Positions 26,048 to 29,550 of a DNA stretch of 29,550 bases are shown here, one piece after another. This DNA is from a virus. Taxonomy: Duplodnaviria; Caudoviricetes. The notes beneath the pieces were generated by a model, which saw only the letters and a program-made list of their open reading frames with translations, did no database searches and had not been told where the DNA came from. The position numbers and the translations under genes are program-made. Every line of letters starts with the position of its first letter. Position 1 is the stretch's first letter. The stretch lies in IMG/VR virus record IMGVR_UViG_3300034116_000164, positions 1 to 29,550 of that record, one strand, 5' to 3'.

Positions 26048-26479
26048 TTACTCTTTATTAGAAGTAATAATATTAACCTTTATCTCAGATAGTGATTCAC
26101 CATTACTGGTTACATCTTGCTTATCTCCTATCCCTAACATTCGAGCTGTTAAATTAGGAGCTTTATATTTTCCAGTAAGAGTGCCACTAACTTGGTCATC
26201 TTCCCATTCATCTCGTGCATGTGTAATGACTCCCACATATTCATTATAAGCCTTATCCTTATTGTCTATATATTGATGTATGTGATAGCCATAATTCTTA
26301 CGCACAAAGACTTGAAATGACTTTCTAGTGATTGGTTTTTGAGCTGGTAAATATAGTACCTCTCCTGTTTTATTATTAGCTACAGGCAACAAGTCATATT
26401 GTTGAAGTCTATCTTTAACATACTCATCCCAAATCTCTAGGAATTGCTCAGGTGATTTTATCCACTTATCCTTCGGCAT
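26048..26479 (-). CDS. terS: Terminase small subunit (P22 gp3-like)
   Basis: Directly upstream of terL. SPEQ....W.EY, P.T...F, G...G.Y..N.TAR.LG..DKQ. Confidence 0.7.
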   Translation of the reverse strand: MPKDKWIKSPEQFLEIWDEYVKDRLQQYDLLPVANNKTGEVLYLPAQKPITRKSFQVFVRKNYGYHIHQYIDNKDKAYNEYVGVITHARDEWEDDQVSGTLTGKYKAPNLTARMLGIGDKQDVTSNGESLSEIKVNIITSNKE

Positions 26480-26810
26480 TGTTTGAGTCTTGCTCTTGTT
26501 TTACCTCTTCTAGTCTCTCAACAAATTTCTTTGTACGTTTCTTTTTAACTGGTGTATCTATTGTTTTAAGAAACTCGGGTGATAAATCATTTTCAGATAT
26601 TGGTCCTACAATTCCTTTGTATTGAATAACAGTAGACTCAGGAGCTGTAGCAGTCACTACCTCTTCAAAGATGTGCTTAAGTCCAATTGTCTGATAGTAT
26701 TTCACTTTACTAAGGTCAAGGTTGTTGACTACAATAGTCTTAGTGCCTTGGAATCTGTCATAGATTTTCACTGTCTTACCTACGAATTCTGGTTTAATTG
26801 TGTATTCCAT
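26466..26810 (-). CDS. Hypothetical protein (114 aa)
   Basis: First gene after a late motif. Confidence 0.7.
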   Translation of the reverse strand: MEYTIKPEFVGKTVKIYDRFQGTKTIVVNNLDLSKVKYYQTIGLKHIFEEVVTATAPESTVIQYKGIVGPISENDLSPEFLKTIDTPVKKKRTKKFVERLEEVKQEQDSNNAEG

Positions 26811-26814
26811 AATA

Positions 26815-27354
26815 TTAGTCTTTATACCTATATTGTATCTCTTTTATATTTTGTTTTATTTCTTTTATCAGAAAGAAAGCTGATGTACTGTTAATGTCAA
26901 AGTACTTAGCCAGTGCTGTTTGTGTTGAGTGACCTTTGTCATAGTACGCTTCAAAGATAATCTTTTTTATCCTATCATCCAAAGAGTTGCGATATATCTC
27001 CACCATTGCCTTCTTAAAATTATAGCTATCCTCTAGATTAACCTTGTGCTCAATGTCAGATGGATCATCTAATGAGTCACCTAGATACTCATGTGATCTA
27101 TAGATGTCATCTTTTTTAGTCCTAGATCCTTGAGTCCAAATGAGCTCATACTTGATTGTGTTAAGTAGATAGCTCTTTGCTTTGTCTTCTGTAGCTTCTT
27201 CTATCTCTAGTTTAGCACAATGAAGGTAAGCGTTGTTGATGACAGCATCAGCTTCTACTGAGCTAGGTATCTTGAGTCGTTGAATGAAGTGCTTTGTGTA
27301 TTTAAGCACCTCTGTGTAGTTTTTTTGCAAGTATTGGTCAAGCATTCTTTTCAT
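26815..27354 (-). CDS. Sigma-70/ECF-like transcription factor (region 2-like plus region 4 HTH)
   Basis: Y..V..Y......A.D..N.AYL...KSYL..TIK, then L.D....IF..YY..G.S....AK...I...S. 179 aa, at the early/late boundary. Confidence 0.6.
   Translation of the reverse strand: MKRMLDQYLQKNYTEVLKYTKHFIQRLKIPSSVEADAVINNAYLHCAKLEIEEATEDKAKSYLLNTIKYELIWTQGSRTKKDDIYRSHEYLGDSLDDPSDIEHKVNLEDSYNFKKAMVEIYRNSLDDRIKKIIFEAYYDKGHSTQTALAKYFDINSTSAFFLIKEIKQNIKEIQYRYKD
26828..26837 (-). promoter_or_regulatory. Late promoter motif TACAATATAG inside the sigma-like gene
   Basis: 17 nt upstream of ATG 26810. Confidence 0.65.
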
Positions 27355-27541
27355 ACCAGGATAAAAAGTCCTTATACCACACCTTGCGTCTTACTGTAGA
27401 GCAAAAGCACTCCTTATCAATCACCTTAGTAGCCATGAATTTAACCATCTTAAGCTGTGATAGTGATCTCTTAGTCAGAATCTCCTTCTCAGGTAGATTG
27501 ATGATAGATTCTACGAGTTGTATATCAGTTTCTGTAAGCAT
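27338..27541 (-). CDS. Hypothetical protein (67 aa from MLTETDIQ; CFC motif)
   Basis: Trimmed from track ORF 27338..27625; short overlaps with both neighbours. Confidence 0.65.
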   Translation of the reverse strand: MLTETDIQLVESIINLPEKEILTKRSLSQLKMVKFMATKVIDKECFCSTVRRKVWYKDFLSWYEKNA

Positions 27542-27738
27542 ACTGCTGTAAGTGAAGTAGCACATGCTACGGTGAATGATTGTGAATAAATTAGTGCAGT
27601 CCAAAATGACATACACTTCCAGCATCCTAGAGCAGTGTGTAGCCAGTCGGGCATGATAAATCTATCAATGAATTTTTGGATAGGCTCGAAGTTAACAAAC
27701 CACCAGGTAGCTACTAATGAAGTAAAGAATGCTGTCAT
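27511..27738 (-). CDS. Small membrane protein with CxxCxxFW motif (DUF1360-like)
   Basis: LGCWKCMSFW flanked by hydrophobic segments. Confidence 0.65.
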   Translation of the reverse strand: MTAFFTSLVATWWFVNFEPIQKFIDRFIMPDWLHTALGCWKCMSFWTALIYSQSFTVACATSLTAVCLQKLIYNS

Positions 27739-27750
27739 GTTGTAAAGATA

Positions 27751-27978
27751 CTAATTTTGTATGTACCATTTAAACCATTTGTCATAAAATGCGTCAGTCA
27801 CAGTGTTACCGCTCATAAATCTACACAGCTGTGATAAATGCACTCCGATGTCCTCAGCTATGTGTACCTTCAAGTATCTGTTTGTTATTCTCATAGTAGT
27901 CTGCTCTATCATCCATTGCTTGATGGAGAAGTCTTTATCTGTTAAGATAGTGATAGTATAAATCTTTGATAAATCCAT
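27751..27978 (-). CDS. Small XRE-like HTH protein
   Basis: KVHIAEDIGVHLSQLCRFMSG. The start may be internal (ATG 27912). Confidence 0.6.
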   Translation of the reverse strand: MDLSKIYTITILTDKDFSIKQWMIEQTTMRITNRYLKVHIAEDIGVHLSQLCRFMSGNTVTDAFYDKWFKWYIQN

Positions 27979-28114
27979 GTAGAAAATAAATTAAAATTAG
28001 TATTGAAACGATTGTGAGCCCTCTCTTGCCAAGAAAGTAGTGCATGCCATAGAAAAATAGCCCAAAGGTAGCCATTAGGCATAGCACTACTATGATGTAC
28101 TTAACTACTCTCAT
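27935..28114 (-). CDS. 59-aa two-TM membrane protein (MRVVKYIIVVLCL...YLNR), not in ORF track
   Basis: Translated by hand. TAATG coupling to the DUF3127 stop. Confidence 0.65.
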   Translation of the reverse strand: MRVVKYIIVVLCLMATFGLFFYGMHYFLGKRGLTIVSILILIYFLHGFIKDLYYHYLNR

Positions 28115-28389
28115 TAGAATAGCTTAGATTTTACCTCAAGTACATTCAATGTATTGTAATGAGTTTCTTTGTATGCTTTACCTCTTAATTCAAACACAAG
28201 CTCTACTGTATCATTCACCTGGATAAAATCTAGTAGATATATCTTATCATTCACTAATTGGAATTTTACTTCTTGCGGATACTTATCATCTCCTACCTTG
28301 AGGATAAATTCTTGCACTCTAAATGTTTCAGTTACTTGCTTTGCGGGCAATTTGTTGATGATTGCTCCTTCTAATTTAAATTGATTCAT
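28114..28389 (-). CDS. DUF3127-like OB-fold protein (putative SSB)
   Basis: F...EF.L....YPQ...FQL..D........D.V...F.LRG..Y...YNTL. Confidence 0.75.
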   Translation of the reverse strand: MNQFKLEGAIINKLPAKQVTETFRVQEFILKVGDDKYPQEVKFQLVNDKIYLLDFIQVNDTVELVFELRGKAYKETHYNTLNVLEVKSKLF

Positions 28390-28411
28390 ATTATTTGTTT
28401 ACTTGTTACTT

Positions 28412-28471
28412 AAAAAACCCCTCCAACTGTATTGTAATTTAATTTGCCAGACTTCGAGTAACTGGAGGGGT
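28412..28471 (-). terminator. Long-loop terminator-like hairpin upstream of the DUF3127 gene
   Basis: ACCCCTCCA (28417-28425)/TGGAGGGGT (28463-28471), extendable by GU pairs, U-tract on the minus strand. Confidence 0.6.
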
Positions 28472-28487
28472 AGACTTTGCCGAGCCT

Positions 28488-28700
28488 CTATACTACTTTC
28501 TCAGGGAATGGGACCTCAAGTCTCATTTTTGCTACTTCAATCTCTGCTCTTATTGTTAGAGCTTTTGCATACTCATCAGCCATAGATGCTATAGTTGAAT
28601 GAGGGTGTACGTACTCAGCTTCATAGCCATTTCCGATTGCTGATAACAAGCCTTGCATTGCAGCAATCATTGCTTGTTGGTAAAATTCTTTTTCTGTCAT
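28488..28700 (-). CDS. Hypothetical protein (70 aa)
   Basis: AAMQGLL...A..YA.AL pattern common in small phage proteins. Confidence 0.7.
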   Translation of the reverse strand: MTEKEFYQQAMIAAMQGLLSAIGNGYEAEYVHPHSTIASMADEYAKALTIRAEIEVAKMRLEVPFPEKVV

Positions 28701-28873
28701 TTTGTTAATTTATATAGGTTTAAAAATCTCGCTGTGCTACACTTGAACTCTTTCATAGGGTTATCTGTAGTAGCTTGAGTCACTTGATAGATGACCATTC
28801 CTTCTTTCTCTGAGATAGGAACAACCAACTGCTCTCTAGTCTCGTTTTTGTACGTTTTGTTTACTTGTATCAT
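28697..28873 (-). CDS. Hypothetical protein (58 aa, MIQVNKTYKN...KLTK), not in ORF track
   Basis: Translated by hand. ATGA overlaps at both ends. Confidence 0.7.
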   Translation of the reverse strand: MIQVNKTYKNETREQLVVPISEKEGMVIYQVTQATTDNPMKEFKCSTARFLNLYKLTK

Positions 28874-29052
28874 TTTGATTTGTTTAAATTGTTAAATTCC
28901 TCTTTGCTTACTTTCCTAACATCTAGTTGATCATAGTTCTCTGTGACTAAAATACAATAGTCATGACCTGACTTATTGAATGTCTTAGCTGAGTATCTAG
29001 CATATTTGAGATTCTCTAGGCTTGACTGAATAATGAAGTAGGATTTTTCCAT
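28870..29052 (-). CDS. Hypothetical protein (60 aa)
   Basis: Coupled to both neighbours. Confidence 0.65.
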   Translation of the reverse strand: MEKSYFIIQSSLENLKYARYSAKTFNKSGHDYCILVTENYDQLDVRKVSKEEFNNLNKSK

Positions 29053-29550
29053 TATTTACAGTTTAATTGTATAAAATATTCATTGTAGTACTCAGTACAA
29101 GCTAAAAGACGCTCTTTAATGGCTTCTTCTGTTGAAATGTTGCGTTCATACCTTAGCACTGTTATTCTCTTTCTAGGGTCAATGTGAGATACCTTGTGGA
29201 TAGATTTATTATCCCAGTCTGAAAGTAGAAAGTCATCTGTGTCAATCATGCAGTAGATTAGCTCAGCTGATTCCTTGTCACATAGCATCATGTAACCTCT
29301 CAACTGCCACTCATAGTCTTTATTTATTCCTTCTGCTGCTATAGCTGGGAAAGTCTCAAGTGACCATGAAGTCTTAATGTCAATGATTGAATTCTCTAAG
29401 ATGATATCAGGTGTACCAATTAAGCAGTCATTCTCAATAGTTTCTTCATTCTTGATGTAGAATGAGTCTCTAATCTGATTAACTAACTCTATAGACTCGT
29501 GCTCCCAGTCAGTGCCTTTCTGCATTGCTTTTGTAGAGATAAAAGAATTG
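29052..29550 (-). CDS. 3' part of the YqaJ/lambda-exonuclease-like nuclease
   Basis: GTPD...IIDIK.SW, Y.WQL.GYM. Start is at 317 across the junction. Confidence 0.8.
   Translation of the reverse strand, partial: NSFISTKAMQKGTDWEHESIELVNQIRDSFYIKNEETIENDCLIGTPDIILENSIIDIKTSWSLETFPAIAAEGINKDYEWQLRGYMMLCDKESAELIYCMIDTDDFLLSDWDNKSIHKVSHIDPRKRITVLRYERNISTEEAIKERLLACTEYYNEYFIQLNCK
29356..29550. repeat. Terminal direct repeat, copy 2
   Basis: Matches 1-195 at 194/195 positions. Confidence 0.95.

Noticed and set aside
27751-27978. CI repressor / lysogeny module
   Set aside because: HTH only, co-oriented with lytic genes, with no divergent cro, peptidase domain, integrase or partition genes.
832-28585. 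Short plus-strand ORFs (832, 3717, 6274, 7553, 7832, 9275, 12248, 14765, 18156-20642, 23176, 24203, 24954, 26622, 28169, 28403) and minus-strand 10235, 13088, 13602
   Set aside because: Antisense or out-of-frame shadows of well-supported genes, mostly with non-ATG starts and no motifs.
1-29550. Stop-codon reassignment
   Set aside because: The standard code gives dense, full-length genes, and TAA, TGA and TAG all end genes (TAG at 7721, 27511, 27751, 28488).

Overview
The window is very probably one complete, circularly permuted genome of about 29,355 bp from a small tailed phage with a siphovirus-type gene set. Positions 1-195 repeat at 29356-29550 with one synonymous mismatch, and an exonuclease gene reads across the junction. 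A Bacteroidota (Flavobacteria-like) host is inferred from TTG-N19-TAnnTTTG promoters, A-rich start regions without Shine-Dalgarno motifs, and DUF3127-like and BT4734/VirE-N-like genes. Almost all genes are on the minus strand. The early/replication block holds small ORFs, a C5 DNA methyltransferase, a stand-alone DnaA domain-IV-like protein, an iteron array (candidate origin), a primase-helicase, VRR-NUC, ERF, a YqaJ-like exonuclease, a DUF3127 SSB-like protein and an HTH. Next come a sigma-70-like factor, terminase, tail, head and lysis genes. I found no integrase, tRNA, CRISPR array or reverse transcriptase. Most notable: (1) the 10-mer TACAATATAG occurs five times, four times exactly 2 nt before a late-gene ATG (leaderless-mRNA geometry) and once inside the 3' end of the sigma-like gene; (2) the DnaA-IV-like gene overlaps the inverted iteron array; (3) the only two plus-strand genes are paralogues that look like tail chaperones G and GT made by duplication rather than frameshift; (4) several structured leaders or small RNAs; (5) sharp CpG-content breakpoints mark swapped modules. 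All family assignments come from motif recognition by eye, not database searches.
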